Virus record (IMG/VR): IMGVR_UViG_3300047498_000060
Coordinates: 109,052-173,051 of that record
DNA length: 64,000 nucleotides
Source: a virus
Reading direction: 5' to 3' (one strand)
How positions within the stretch are numbered: the stretch's first letter is position 1; each line of letters opens with the position of its first letter. The notes below the pieces were generated by a model. It was not told the origin of the DNA. It was given only the letters and a program-made list of their open reading frames with translations, and ran no database searches. A program made the position numbers and the translations under genes. This document shows positions 8,728 to 18,683 of this stretch, piece by piece.

Positions 8728-9339
8728 CTAACGGCGGTTCTTCTTGTTGCGACGGAAGGACTCCTCAGTGGTTGTCTCGGCCGGCGTCTCCGGAGACACC
8801 TCGACAGGCGAGGCCACTGGATCTGCCACGAGCTCGACGGGTTCCCCGGTCATCGCGGCGGCGATGTTCTTCTCGAGCTCGGGGTCAATCGGCCCGGGGA
8901 TGACGGGGACGATGTTCTCCGCCAAGAGCTCCTCGTCCTTCAGCAGATCTGGCTTGGCGCCCTTGGGGAGGATGCCGGGCTGGATGCCGTCGTCGCCGAG
9001 CATCGGTGGGATCATGATGCCCGAGGGCTTGTCGTAGGCGACGGAGTCCAAGCGCTTCTTCATCAGGGGCGGCGCGGCTTTCGGCGGCGCGGACTTGAGC
9101 GTGGCGAGGTCCACGAGGCGATCGTCATGCGTGCGCACCTCAAAGATGTGCGAGGCCACCTTCTGCCGGAGCTCGGGGAGGCACTCCTGAAGTTGCTCCT
9201 CCGAAAGGAGAACAGGCCGACCAGGTAGGACGCGCTGCTGAGACTCGCCGACGTGTTGCTTCAGACGCGGATTCGCAGGCAGCCCTGCACGAGCACTTCG
9301 GTTGTGGCGGCCGTGAGCGACGTTGATAACTTTGTACAT
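8728..9339 (-). CDS. Hypothetical protein downstream of major capsid
   Basis: 203-aa ORF with AGGAG RBS. Confidence 0.6.
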   Translation of the reverse strand: MYKVINVAHGRHNRSARAGLPANPRLKQHVGESQQRVLPGRPVLLSEEQLQECLPELRQKVASHIFEVRTHDDRLVDLATLKSAPPKAAPPLMKKRLDSVAYDKPSGIMIPPMLGDDGIQPGILPKGAKPDLLKDEELLAENIVPVIPGPIDPELEKNIAAAMTGEPVELVADPVASPVEVSPETPAETTTEESFRRNKKNRR

Positions 9340-9393
9340 GTAGATCTCCTACCTTCGAGTGTACGTCAGAAGACAAGTGCCTGAAACGTCGAA

Positions 9394-9453
9394 AGGCAGC
9401 CTGGTTTCCCAAGCTGCCTCTCGAGCGCCACCCATCTCGATGCGCCGAAGCGC
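9394..9453 (-). terminator. Hairpin series/terminator 3' of the major capsid gene
   Basis: Minus strand GCGC-UUCG-GCGC, UCGAG...CUCGA, then AGGCAGCUUGG-GAAA-CCAGGCUGCCU-UUCG. Confidence 0.6.
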
Positions 9454-9459
9454 CTTCGC

Positions 9460-10584
9460 TCAGTACGTGTTGACCTGGGGGAAGAAGAGGCCCGCGTCGA
9501 CCTGGTTGTTCGGAGCGCCGAGGGCGTCCTCGCTGACCGGGATGAAGTTGGGCAGGAGCGTGTCCGCGTTCGTGACGGGGTTCGCATCGGCGGAGTAGAG
9601 CTCCAGCTTGCGAACCGCGGCGATGTTGAGGAGCCCCATGCCCACGTCTTCCCAGGCCTGGAACGTGATGACGTTCGCGATCTTGTCGATGTAGAACTTC
9701 GTGTTGTTCAGGATGTAGAACTTCCCGAAGAACTCCGGCTTCGTGAACACGTAGATGTTCCCGGGGCGGAGGATGTCCGTCTTGATCGTACGGATGTACG
9801 CACGCCCGAGGAGCGTGTTGTACTTGTACCCGTCGACCGCGGTCTCGGACTGGATGCGGTCGCCGAAGTCCTCGACCGTCCACTGGAGAACGTCGTCCCA
9901 GTCGACCTCCGTGGTCAGGAGGCGCTCCGAGCGGAGACGATTCCCGTCCAGGAGCTTGAACAGGTTGACGAGGTCGGGGCGCTGGACCGGGCGGACCGTC
10001 GCGTCGTTCGTGGTTGCGTTGCGCGCGAGCTCGCCCTTGCGGATCGAGAACTCGACGACACTGCCGTTCTTGACGTTGGTCGCGTTGAGCGCCGTTGCGA
10101 CGCCCCCGTTGGCCTGCATCTGAAGGGCCTGGCACGCGGCCTCGGTGTTGATCGTGAACTCGTGGTCCTCGATCTCCTGGATGTCCTTCACCGAGTTCTC
10201 CTCGATGATCTTGGTGATGGGCATCTCGTACGCGAGAAGCTCCTGCTCGGTCTTCTGGAAGACCTCGGAGCTGATCGTGTAGAAGCCGATCTCCGCCTTG
10301 GGGCCACGGATGAAGCGAGCCGTGGGGGTGCCACGGAAGTCCATCGTCATGGCCTTGGACTGGGGTTCGATGTCCACGATCTTGACCAGCGTGTCGTGGT
10401 TGACGGAGCGCTGGCAGTCCGTGCGGGTCACCTGCTCCGGCGGAAGGATCTTCCGCGTGAACGAGACCTCGCGGAGACGGTCGCGGATGTACGAGCCGCC
10501 GTACTCTGCGAGCTTCTCCTTGATGTCGCTCGAGCCGAGCTTGGTGCTGAACAGGCCGTTGAGAACGTGTGCCGGAACACTCAT
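9460..10584 (-). CDS. Major capsid protein (HK97-type, inferred)
   Basis: 374 aa, very strong GC3 bias, order protease-scaffolds-decoration-this gene-terminator; IRDRLRE.SF.RKILPP N-terminal helix/E-loop-like pattern. Confidence 0.75.
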   Translation of the reverse strand: MSVPAHVLNGLFSTKLGSSDIKEKLAEYGGSYIRDRLREVSFTRKILPPEQVTRTDCQRSVNHDTLVKIVDIEPQSKAMTMDFRGTPTARFIRGPKAEIGFYTISSEVFQKTEQELLAYEMPITKIIEENSVKDIQEIEDHEFTINTEAACQALQMQANGGVATALNATNVKNGSVVEFSIRKGELARNATTNDATVRPVQRPDLVNLFKLLDGNRLRSERLLTTEVDWDDVLQWTVEDFGDRIQSETAVDGYKYNTLLGRAYIRTIKTDILRPGNIYVFTKPEFFGKFYILNNTKFYIDKIANVITFQAWEDVGMGLLNIAAVRKLELYSADANPVTNADTLLPNFIPVSEDALGAPNNQVDAGLFFPQVNTY

Positions 10585-10618
10585 GTGAGTTGCCTCTTTC
10601 CTTTCCTGATGGTTCCGG

Positions 10619-11152
10619 TTACTGCGCGTAACCCGTCATGAACCGGAGTTGCCCGCCATTGCTGGAGGGTAGACGAGTGACGTACCCGACGATGGGGTCC
10701 GTGTCGGAGCCCACACCGCCGTGACCGACGAGCCCGCTGAACGAGCGGGAGCTGAACGTGACCGTCGCGACCTTGAGGGGCTGCATGACGGTGGTGATGG
10801 CTGCGCCGCCGTGAATGGCAGCCGCCGCATCGAAGATGCGCGAGTCGAACTCGTAGAAGCCGCCGAAGAGGAACGTCACCTTGTGCAGGGACATTGCCTG
10901 GGTGTCGTAGCGCCCCTTCTCGACGAAGACGGGGAAGCTGCGGACCGTCGCGTAGTTGGGCACCGGAGCTGCGACGTCCGACGTGGCGCGAACCAGCTGG
11001 TAGGCCGAGTTGATGGTGACCCACTCGCCGTCGGTGAGCGCGATGGCGTTGTTCGGGTTGCAGAGCGAACCATCCGCAAGCGGAAGCGCGCGGCGGTTGA
11101 CGTCCAAGATGCTGGTGACGGGGGTGAAGTTGACCTTCTGCAGAGTCGACAT
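10619..11152 (-). CDS. Putative capsid decoration/cement protein
   Basis: 177 aa, beta-rich, directly upstream of the capsid gene, AAGGAG RBS. Confidence 0.55.
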   Translation of the reverse strand: MSTLQKVNFTPVTSILDVNRRALPLADGSLCNPNNAIALTDGEWVTINSAYQLVRATSDVAAPVPNYATVRSFPVFVEKGRYDTQAMSLHKVTFLFGGFYEFDSRIFDAAAAIHGGAAITTVMQPLKVATVTFSSRSFSGLVGHGGVGSDTDPIVGYVTRLPSSNGGQLRFMTGYAQ

Positions 11153-11185
11153 GACGTAACTACTCCTTGGTGGTGGGTGGGTCTG

Positions 11186-11572
11186 TCAGCCGACAGTACC
11201 GAGGATGAACCTCTCGAAGTCCGTGGTGCCTTGTGCGATGCCCTCCGACGAATCGGAGGTCAGCGACGCGACCTTCATCCCCATATCGGGACCGACGAGG
11301 TCCACGCCCTGCTCGATGGCGTCGAGCTTCTCGGGGGTCGCCGCCGCGAGCTTCTCGAGGCGGTCGGCAAGGGCCTCGACGGAGGTGTCGAGATCGATGC
11401 CCTTGTTGTGCATGCTCTGCGCGAGCTTCTCGACGCGGTCACGCGTTTCGCGCGCGGCGAGCTTGTCCTGGAGGTCGTGGATGACCTCCTGCTGCGAACG
11501 GAGGGTGGTCGCGGCGTCGGCCATGACTTCCGCGAACTGGCTGGCTGCTGTCTTGTCCATGGTCTCCCTCAC
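11186..11572 (-). CDS. KxA-motif coiled-coil scaffold-like protein
   Basis: 128 aa; DKTAA, EKLAQ, EKLAA, MKVAS; heptad pattern. Confidence 0.6.
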   Translation of the reverse strand: MRETMDKTAASQFAEVMADAATTLRSQQEVIHDLQDKLAARETRDRVEKLAQSMHNKGIDLDTSVEALADRLEKLAAATPEKLDAIEQGVDLVGPDMGMKVASLTSDSSEGIAQGTTDFERFILGTVG

Positions 11573-12906
11573 GCCCCCTGCTTGCTGGGGTCCGCGTTGA
11601 TGCCTTCGATGAGGCGGCCGAGAAGAACGCGAGCTGCCGCTGTCTTCACCGGACCACCGGACTCTGCGCTCGCGAACTTGGTCCCCGCCTTGCCCGTGTT
11701 CTCGAGGACGTCACGGAGCGTGCTGTCGTGCGCCATGCTGAGCGCCGGTTCGTTGAAGTACTTCCCGAGCTCGGTGCGGCGCGGACCGTGCGACTGCCCC
11801 TTCGTGTAGTTCTGCGCAGCCTCGTTGCTGCCGACAAGAGAGGTGGGGCCCTGGGGTGCGCCGCCGACCGGCTCGCCGCCGGGCTGACCCGAAGCGCTGG
11901 TGTCCGGGGGAACTGCCTTGCCGGCGGAGATCTGCGCCGGGTTGATGGCGTCCTCCGCGACCTTGATGTGTGCGCGCATGCCTGCGACGAGACCAGCCAT
12001 CTTCGCGGAGGCCTCCTTGTTCTCGGACTCGTGAGCCTTCTCGGCTTCCTCCAGGCCCTTCTTGGCCTTGTCCATGCCCTCGGTCTCCTTCTTCTCCGCA
12101 TCCGGGCTCGCGAGCTTGGCGCGGATGAGGGAGAGCGCACTGCCGCGCTTCTCGGAGACGATGTTCTTCGGCATCTCCTTGTGAAGCTGGGGCGCGTCGT
12201 TCTGCGTGTTCGCCATCTGCGTGGCGCCGTGCTCGGTGGGCATCGCCTTCTGCTCACCGGGGTTCTTGGGGACGACGTTGACGCCCTGGCCGTGGTGGTC
12301 CTTGAGCGTTGCGCCGCCCGCGGCCTCGGAGACGCCCGGGGGGTTGGTCACCTTCGATTCGACGATACTGGATGCCTCCTTGCGCAGAAGGTCCGCCCCG
12401 TAGTCGAGGGCAGCGGCGAGCTTGGTGACGGCTTCGTCGTCGATGTACGCGAGCGCCGAGGCCATCTTGCCTCCACACGCGCACTTCTCCTTGCCGCACT
12501 TCTCGCACTTCTTCTTCTCACCGGCAGTCTTCACCGACTGGAGCTGCGCCTCCGTGGTGATGCGGACGCGCTCAGCGGTCTTGGCCACCGCTGTCTTCAC
12601 CATCGAACTCAGACTCGCGCGACCTGCAAGGCTTCCCATGGACTCTTCTCCGTGTGCCAACTTCGGCAGCATCTCAGCACCCCGAGGGGGCGCACTCTTC
12701 TGTTCGCTTGCTCCCGCATCCGGAACGGAGGGGAGACCGGTGTTCACGCGCGAGTAGTTGGTCCGAGGCCCCATGCCTGCGGGCCCGCGCTTTCCGGGTG
12801 CCAGTGTGGGTTCGATGCTGGGTGTGGGGAGAGGGGCAGACGCGCTCATGCCCGTCGATGAAGGCATGGGGTTTTCCCCCGTCTTCACCAGCTTGAGCAT
12901 GCTCAC
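11569..12906 (-). CDS. KxA-motif scaffold/core protein
   Basis: 445 aa, largely disordered, ~15 K-x-[A/G] sites (VKTAV, GKMAS, RKEAS, AKLAS, IKVAE, TKFAS...). Confidence 0.65.
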   Translation of the reverse strand: MSMLKLVKTGENPMPSSTGMSASAPLPTPSIEPTLAPGKRGPAGMGPRTNYSRVNTGLPSVPDAGASEQKSAPPRGAEMLPKLAHGEESMGSLAGRASLSSMVKTAVAKTAERVRITTEAQLQSVKTAGEKKKCEKCGKEKCACGGKMASALAYIDDEAVTKLAAALDYGADLLRKEASSIVESKVTNPPGVSEAAGGATLKDHHGQGVNVVPKNPGEQKAMPTEHGATQMANTQNDAPQLHKEMPKNIVSEKRGSALSLIRAKLASPDAEKKETEGMDKAKKGLEEAEKAHESENKEASAKMAGLVAGMRAHIKVAEDAINPAQISAGKAVPPDTSASGQPGGEPVGGAPQGPTSLVGSNEAAQNYTKGQSHGPRRTELGKYFNEPALSMAHDSTLRDVLENTGKAGTKFASAESGGPVKTAAARVLLGRLIEGINADPSKQGA

Positions 12907-12926
12907 GACCGTCCATCTCCTTCTCC

Positions 12927-13853
12927 TCAGACTGCCGGAGTGTTCCAGGTAACGGGGTAGCCCGCGGCCTCGAGGATCTCGAGGGCACGAATGTCGACGC
13001 CAACCTGGTAGTTGGGGGCCGAGGCGACCTTCTCACTCTCACCGAGCAGCCCGAGCTCAAGGACCGCGGCGACCTTACGGCCCGCCTCATCGACATCGAA
13101 GTTGCCGTCCGCGGCCACCATCTCGATGGCGCGCTCTGCGCCAAGCTCGTCGAGCATTGATGCGTGCTTGCTGTGGTGGTGTGCAGCAGCTGCTCCACCG
13201 GCCACTGCCGCCGCCCCTGCCGCGTGAGCGGCTGCGCCGCGCGCCGCCGCATCGTTCGAGTGGCGGTACAGCGTGTTGGGCCCGTTGTTGCGTTCCGTCT
13301 TCCCGCCCAAGTGCTTCCCGGTACGCTCGAGGTGTTCCATCACGGGCTTCTTGACCTTGCTGGCCGCTTCGCTGACTGCCTCACGCGCCTTGTGGCCGAA
13401 CGTGTGCGCCTTCGTGGCAAGCGTCGCCGGGTTGAGGGCCTTCGTCGAAGCCTCCTTGATGTAGCTGCGCTCCTGCTCGAAGGAATGCGCCATGACGCGC
13501 CCGAGGTAGTCCGCCTTCTGAATGTCGGCGGCCATCGCCTGCTTCTCGGCCCACTCCGCAGCGGCAGCTGCGTGTTTCTCCTCTTCCTTCTTCTTCTTCT
13601 TTTCCTCGTCCTCCTCGTCCTTGGGCTCTTCCTCGGACGCGAGCTTCGAGAACTCGGCCCGGAACTCGCCGTAGAGTGCCTGGACATCCGCGTCGGACAT
13701 CGAGTTCAGGTCGATCTGCTGGTCGCTGGCGACTTTCAGAAAGAGTTCGACCGAGGCTGTCTTCTCGGCCTCCTCGTCGGTCACCGTGCTGGCTTGCTTG
13801 GTGCCGTAGAACTGTGCGAGGTGTTCGTTCATCTGGGGTTCGGTAGCGGGCAT
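12927..13853 (-). CDS. KxA-motif scaffold/core protein
   Basis: 308 aa; TKQAS, EKTAS, LKVAS, SKLAS, IKEAS, SKHAS, EKVAS; E/K tract. Confidence 0.7.
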   Translation of the reverse strand: MPATEPQMNEHLAQFYGTKQASTVTDEEAEKTASVELFLKVASDQQIDLNSMSDADVQALYGEFRAEFSKLASEEEPKDEEDEEKKKKKEEEKHAAAAAEWAEKQAMAADIQKADYLGRVMAHSFEQERSYIKEASTKALNPATLATKAHTFGHKAREAVSEAASKVKKPVMEHLERTGKHLGGKTERNNGPNTLYRHSNDAAARGAAAHAAGAAAVAGGAAAAHHHSKHASMLDELGAERAIEMVAADGNFDVDEAGRKVAAVLELGLLGESEKVASAPNYQVGVDIRALEILEAAGYPVTWNTPAV

Positions 13854-16708
13854 CAGACTTCTCCAGTGGGCACGGGCCGAGTGTTCGAGGGTGTTCCCTC
13901 TACTGCCGTTGCGACGGTGTCAGACGGTACACCAACTTCGTCCCAGTAGGCCAGTTTGAGGAAGGCCGCTGAGAGGGGCGTGAACAGTGAATCAACGCTG
14001 ACCGATGCCAGCTTACGCGTCTGTGCCGTCTTCGCCAACTGCGAAGAAGAAACAAACTCTTGAGCGTGAGTGACGAGGTCCATGATTCCAGTTCGATACC
14101 CGTTGTAGGCAGCTCCTATCTTACGCAGCGATACTGAAGGAAGGGAAGAAGTCGAACCACGCTTCTCTTTCGGAGAGTCGTGCGTAAGAAGAATCCGTTG
14201 TTCTACTTGCGGTCCAAAGGCAGAACGCTCTGAGAGAAGAGGCAACAGTAGATGCGCCAGTGTCTCAGAGAAGAACTGCGGGCCCATAGGCACATCGAGC
14301 GTGTCATTCGTCTTAGGGAAGACCGTTCCTTTGCGCTCTAGTTCATTCGCGAGAGGGCGTTGTCCCATCTGAATGAGGATGATGCGCTGGAACTCTCGCG
14401 GTCGAAGAACCATCCCCAGGCTCGTGGGTGTCGACAGTGCTTCCTCGAGGGGAGAGTCCGCCAGGATGTCGAGGATGTCCTTCGGGATGTCGCGCTCGTT
14501 CGCCGTGAGAACGGGTACGGCCTTGGCGGCGAACTGACTGGGCAGAACGTCCTTGGTGATCTCGGCGCCCTTGTCCTTGGCGCTCTTGAAGAGAGCAGCT
14601 GCAAGCTTCTCATCTTCGGGAATGGACTCGTCGTAGCCCAGCTTTTCAGCGAGCTCAGCACCGCCCATGAAGAAGTACGACTTACCCTCGCCGGCGATCT
14701 TCATCATCACCTTGGCGGTTTTGTCGGCGCCGATGAAGACGAAGCTGATGTCGAAGAAACGGGGGTAGTCGTTGAAGACGAAGACCTTACGCCCGTCCGG
14801 AAGAATCCGGTTCAGGTTCTTCCGGGTAAACTCGTCGTAGTCGTTGCGCGTGATGGATACGCCGGGGATGCCGTGACCCGTGCGCTTCAAGAGCTCCTTG
14901 TGAAACTCGAGGACCGCGTCACCAGGAGAACGATGTCGCTTCTTGTTGAAGGTGGCCTGCGCCTTCCGGTACATGTCCCAGTCGAGCGTGATGGACGACG
15001 TGTCGAATGGGACGCGCGTCCCCATGGAGACGTCGACGAACTGACCGGCGTGCAGCTTGTCCCAGACACCGGTGCCGCCGAACTGCTGACACTTGTCCTG
15101 GTCGACGCGCACCACGAGCTCGACACGCTTCATGCGTGGATGCCACGCAGCGAGCTCCACCTCACCGAACGCGCGCTTCGCATCCTTGTTCCGATGGTGG
15201 GCGAACGGGTGCGCGTTGTAGAAAGTCGGGAACCCGTACGCCCAGTCCCTCGCCTTGATCTTGTCGACGAGTGGATTGCCGGTCCAGTCATCCGGCTTGT
15301 GGATGAGGGACTCCTCAGTGAATGCGTCGCCGTTCACGTTTGAGTTATGCACGGCGAAGCCGCCCGCTGTATACGATGTATCCTCTGACACCTGCAGGTC
15401 GTACACGGGCAGCGCGACAGCACGTCGCTTCAGTTTCGTGACTGCCGACAGAATGAAGCCACCCGGATGTATGTAACTCTTCGAGCAGGTTTTCTTACCA
15501 CGCAGCTGTGCCCCACCGACCAGCAAATTGAATACAGGCTTACCGGCGTACCAGGTCGCCTTCGTGTTGTGCCGTCCACTGATCGAAGACACGATACCCA
15601 GACGCGCCAGAAGCAGACGCATGCCACGCAGTAGTGCCTCTGAGGCCGACACGCAGGTGTTGCTGCCTGCACCCTTGGCCCCGACCTTGGCGGTACACCC
15701 GTCACCACCGGCATACGCGAAGAAGAACTCGCGCTGCCATGCACGCGGCATACGAAGCAGCTCCTCGCTAAGGCACTTGTGTTCCGCGCCTCTGCCGATG
15801 TGCATCGCGCACGCGCTAGCGAAGGCCGACCACGCCAGCTCTACGCGTATGGAGTGCGTCTTCTTGTTGTGTATCTCGCACACGGCGTGCCCGTACTGCG
15901 CCGCTACGGTACGCACACGCATGAGCGTGCCGATCTCCGTCTCACCAATCACAAAGACAACCTTCGCGAGCGGACGCTCTCCACTGCTGTGCCGTGGGCT
16001 TCCGTCTCGCTTCGTCCTGAAGCACTCGTTGGCACACCCTTCGGCGGCGTACAGCCCGAACAAAAAAGCAAGGTCCTGGTTGGCCCAGACCGTACCCATG
16101 GCCTGCGGAGACTCTTCCAGCGGGAAGGGTTCCGAAACCATGTCCCCTGGGCGTAGGTCCCCGATGGGAACCCACGCGAATGCCAGGCCGCTCAACATGC
16201 GCTCACGACGCCACTCAACAGGCACGCACCGGTCTGCTCGATAAACAAGGTCGCGTCTCTTCTTGCGGAACTCCTCACGCGGAACAACCCACAGCTCGTG
16301 GTTCGGCGTCGCCGATAGAGCAGGGGACAGGCGAGACAACCCGCAGACGGACAGGTCTATGAGCTCTCCGGTGAGGTCCTTGACCTGTACGCCCTCCACT
16401 ACGCGCCAGCGATTGCGGTGTGTCAGCACCTGCGTGCCGACCGCTACCTGCTCGATCAGCATCGTACCGGCACGCGTCTGTACTGCAGTACCGGCAGGGA
16501 AGCAGCCCCACGTTTCGCTGGCGCCCATCGCGTTGACGAGAACGTACTGCGCATTCTTGCTGGGCTTCAGCGATGCGATGTACTGCGAGACCTCTGGCAG
16601 GAGAGTCGGCGCTGCTGTCTTCTCGAACACCGCGTCGGACGGACCAAAGAGGGGGAACGTGTGGATCCCCGTCTCGTCCTCCCCACGGAATAGCGCGACC
16701 TTCAACAT
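13853..16708 (-). CDS. Prohead maturation protease (HK97/herpes-type fold inferred) interrupted by an intein, with C-terminal KxA extension
   Basis: Spliced form ...ETWG|SNVNGDAF...FAHHRNKD...GEVELA...DVSMGT...FFDISFVFIGAD matches the His...Ser(VSxG)...(E/D)xSxV layout of phage prohead proteases; upstream of scaffold/capsid genes. Confidence 0.7.
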   Translation of the reverse strand: MLKVALFRGEDETGIHTFPLFGPSDAVFEKTAAPTLLPEVSQYIASLKPSKNAQYVLVNAMGASETWGCFPAGTAVQTRAGTMLIEQVAVGTQVLTHRNRWRVVEGVQVKDLTGELIDLSVCGLSRLSPALSATPNHELWVVPREEFRKKRRDLVYRADRCVPVEWRRERMLSGLAFAWVPIGDLRPGDMVSEPFPLEESPQAMGTVWANQDLAFLFGLYAAEGCANECFRTKRDGSPRHSSGERPLAKVVFVIGETEIGTLMRVRTVAAQYGHAVCEIHNKKTHSIRVELAWSAFASACAMHIGRGAEHKCLSEELLRMPRAWQREFFFAYAGGDGCTAKVGAKGAGSNTCVSASEALLRGMRLLLARLGIVSSISGRHNTKATWYAGKPVFNLLVGGAQLRGKKTCSKSYIHPGGFILSAVTKLKRRAVALPVYDLQVSEDTSYTAGGFAVHNSNVNGDAFTEESLIHKPDDWTGNPLVDKIKARDWAYGFPTFYNAHPFAHHRNKDAKRAFGEVELAAWHPRMKRVELVVRVDQDKCQQFGGTGVWDKLHAGQFVDVSMGTRVPFDTSSITLDWDMYRKAQATFNKKRHRSPGDAVLEFHKELLKRTGHGIPGVSITRNDYDEFTRKNLNRILPDGRKVFVFNDYPRFFDISFVFIGADKTAKVMMKIAGEGKSYFFMGGAELAEKLGYDESIPEDEKLAAALFKSAKDKGAEITKDVLPSQFAAKAVPVLTANERDIPKDILDILADSPLEEALSTPTSLGMVLRPREFQRIILIQMGQRPLANELERKGTVFPKTNDTLDVPMGPQFFSETLAHLLLPLLSERSAFGPQVEQRILLTHDSPKEKRGSTSSLPSVSLRKIGAAYNGYRTGIMDLVTHAQEFVSSSQLAKTAQTRKLASVSVDSLFTPLSAAFLKLAYWDEVGVPSDTVATAVEGTPSNTRPVPTGEV
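15344..16504 (-). mobile_element. Intein with LAGLIDADG homing endonuclease (387 aa) in prohead protease
   Basis: Starts CFPAGTAVQT; block B ATPNHEL; FLFGLYAAEG and FFFAYAGGDG; ends VYDLQV...FAVHN followed by Ser. Confidence 0.9.
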
Positions 16709-16714
16709 GGGATG

Positions 16715-17473
16715 TCAGCGAGAGAAGTGGGCCTTCGGTCCGGAACGTTGAGCCGCCGCTGCCTCCCATGCCTGGGAACGATCCTTGAACGGCCGGGGAC
16801 TGCCTTCTCCTGTTCCTTCCTGCGCTTCTTGCGCTCGCATCGCCTGTACTCTCTCGTTACTGCGCCCAAGCTCCTCCCCTACTTCCCCAAACCCACCGAC
16901 TCCCTGCCGGCGCACTGGCTTGTTCGTACGCATGAAGCCCACAGGGTCCTTGAAGGGCTTGCCCCCTCCCGGCGATGCCATGCCTTTCTGCGCGCCCTGC
17001 AACATCGCAGACCCGATCCCCTGCGGAGCGTGAGTGCCTCCGCCTAGCATCTTGTGTCGTGAGTCGAGCGCTCCGTTGATGAGACCGTTCACTCCCATGG
17101 GGTTGTCGACCATCTGACGCACGTAAGCGCCGGCGACGGTGGGATCCGAAGAGAACTCCGGAGCGAACGTCCGTAGTGTCGAGAACATCCGGTTCACCTT
17201 GCGCGGGTCGCTCTGGTGCAGCTCTTGGAGGTCGTCGTTCTCGGCGAGCATGGCCTTGAAGTCGCGGGATTTGGTGGCCGCGTCATAGATGGCGTGTCCT
17301 GCCATGCCGACTGCGGCAACAGCGCCCGCGCCAAGTGCCGCTGCTCCGGCACCAACGATACTGCCGGCAAGGTTCTTCGGCGCCATCACAGCCTTAGCCG
17401 CCTGGCCGAAGGCCTGCCCGTACCCAGCAGCTTTCTTCTCGAGGTACTCCGTCAGCGGGTTCTCACTGGCCAT
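16715..17473 (-). CDS. KxA/glycine-zipper virion protein
   Basis: Start MASENPL at 17473 with GGAG RBS; EKKAAG, then hydrophobic IVGAGAAALGAGAVAAVGMAG. Confidence 0.65.
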   Translation of the reverse strand: MASENPLTEYLEKKAAGYGQAFGQAAKAVMAPKNLAGSIVGAGAAALGAGAVAAVGMAGHAIYDAATKSRDFKAMLAENDDLQELHQSDPRKVNRMFSTLRTFAPEFSSDPTVAGAYVRQMVDNPMGVNGLINGALDSRHKMLGGGTHAPQGIGSAMLQGAQKGMASPGGGKPFKDPVGFMRTNKPVRRQGVGGFGEVGEELGRSNERVQAMRAQEAQEGTGEGSPRPFKDRSQAWEAAAAQRSGPKAHFSR

Positions 17474-18683
17474 TCTGGATTCTCCACTCGTGTTCTTGCT
17501 GCGCCTGAGTGCCGGGGACCTGTTGGGCGACGGTGCGAACCGTAGCGCGCGCCGCGCGCGCCGGGAGGCTGGGGCTGTTCTGGTAGTGGGTGTACGCCTC
17601 GTTGGCCGCGATTCCTGCCGCCATGTGCGGTGCGAACCTCGTAGCAAGTCCAGCAGCTGTGCCGGCGAGCGGATGAATGTGCTTGGAGACTGCCTTGTCG
17701 ACAGCACCACCTGCGTCAGCCGCAGCGCCCGTGATCCCTTTGATGATCTTCCCCGCGGTGGAGTCGGCCTGCTTTAGGATGCCGGTGAGTCCAGCGTGAT
17801 TCGCGACCACATCCTTCCGCACCTCGCGTGCCTCAGCGAGCTTGTTGAGGATGCCGCAGAAGTCCGCGAAGTCGACGACAAGTTCGTGCTCGGGGTTCAC
17901 TAGGCTGCCCTGGCTGGCCACCTTGTCGAGGGAGGAGAGCATCTCCTCGCCGCCGTGGAACACTCCCTCGCGCAAGAGGCGCGGGGTGAAGAGCTCGAAG
18001 GCGACCTTGACGTACTCCTCCGAGGGAGCCGTGCTTTCCCAGGCCTGCATGATCTGTCCGAGCGAGACGTTGCTGAGAGCCGCCTGCTTCACGTGGTGAT
18101 AGACGCGGTCACCGCACTCGGCGTACGCGACCTCGAGGCCGCTGATCTCGGTGAGGAGATGGTCCGCGGCGCCGGCTAGCTTGTCGCGCAGGTCGATGAT
18201 GGGGCCGTATGGGTTGGCGAAGGGCTCCTCCGCTTCGGCTTCTTTGACCCCGAACGCTTCGCGCAGGAGCGCGTCGTCCTCATCAGCCGAGGCTGTCTTC
18301 GTGTGGCCCCCATGGGAGGGAGGCGAACTGTAGTCGAGCGTGCCGCGATCGAAAACAGAACCGCCACCGCCGGAATTGAGGTCCTTGAGGATCTCAGACG
18401 CATCGGCGGGTCCACCCTCGAACTCGATGACCCGGTGGGCCGACCCTTCCTTCTTGAACTCCGACAAAAAAGCGGCGGTGTTCGTGAATTCGACGACGCG
18501 CTTGACCTGCTCCGGGCTGAACATCGCCTCCTTCACAGTGCCGATCACAGCCTCCGTAAGGCTGGCGTACTTGCCGTTCGCCCAATCTGCGGCTGCCTTC
18601 TTCCCGAACACCTCCAGATGCTCACCCGAGATCGAACGAGCATGCTCTTGCTGGTGCGTAAAGGCGTTGGGTTGATCGCTCAT
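17463..18683 (-). CDS. KxA-motif virion protein
   Basis: Start MSDQPNA at 18683; VKEAM, TKTAS, VKQAA, DKVAS, LKQAD; EQVKRVVEFTN helix. Confidence 0.7.
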   Translation of the reverse strand: MSDQPNAFTHQQEHARSISGEHLEVFGKKAAADWANGKYASLTEAVIGTVKEAMFSPEQVKRVVEFTNTAAFLSEFKKEGSAHRVIEFEGGPADASEILKDLNSGGGGSVFDRGTLDYSSPPSHGGHTKTASADEDDALLREAFGVKEAEAEEPFANPYGPIIDLRDKLAGAADHLLTEISGLEVAYAECGDRVYHHVKQAALSNVSLGQIMQAWESTAPSEEYVKVAFELFTPRLLREGVFHGGEEMLSSLDKVASQGSLVNPEHELVVDFADFCGILNKLAEAREVRKDVVANHAGLTGILKQADSTAGKIIKGITGAAADAGGAVDKAVSKHIHPLAGTAAGLATRFAPHMAAGIAANEAYTHYQNSPSLPARAARATVRTVAQQVPGTQAQQEHEWRIQNGQ

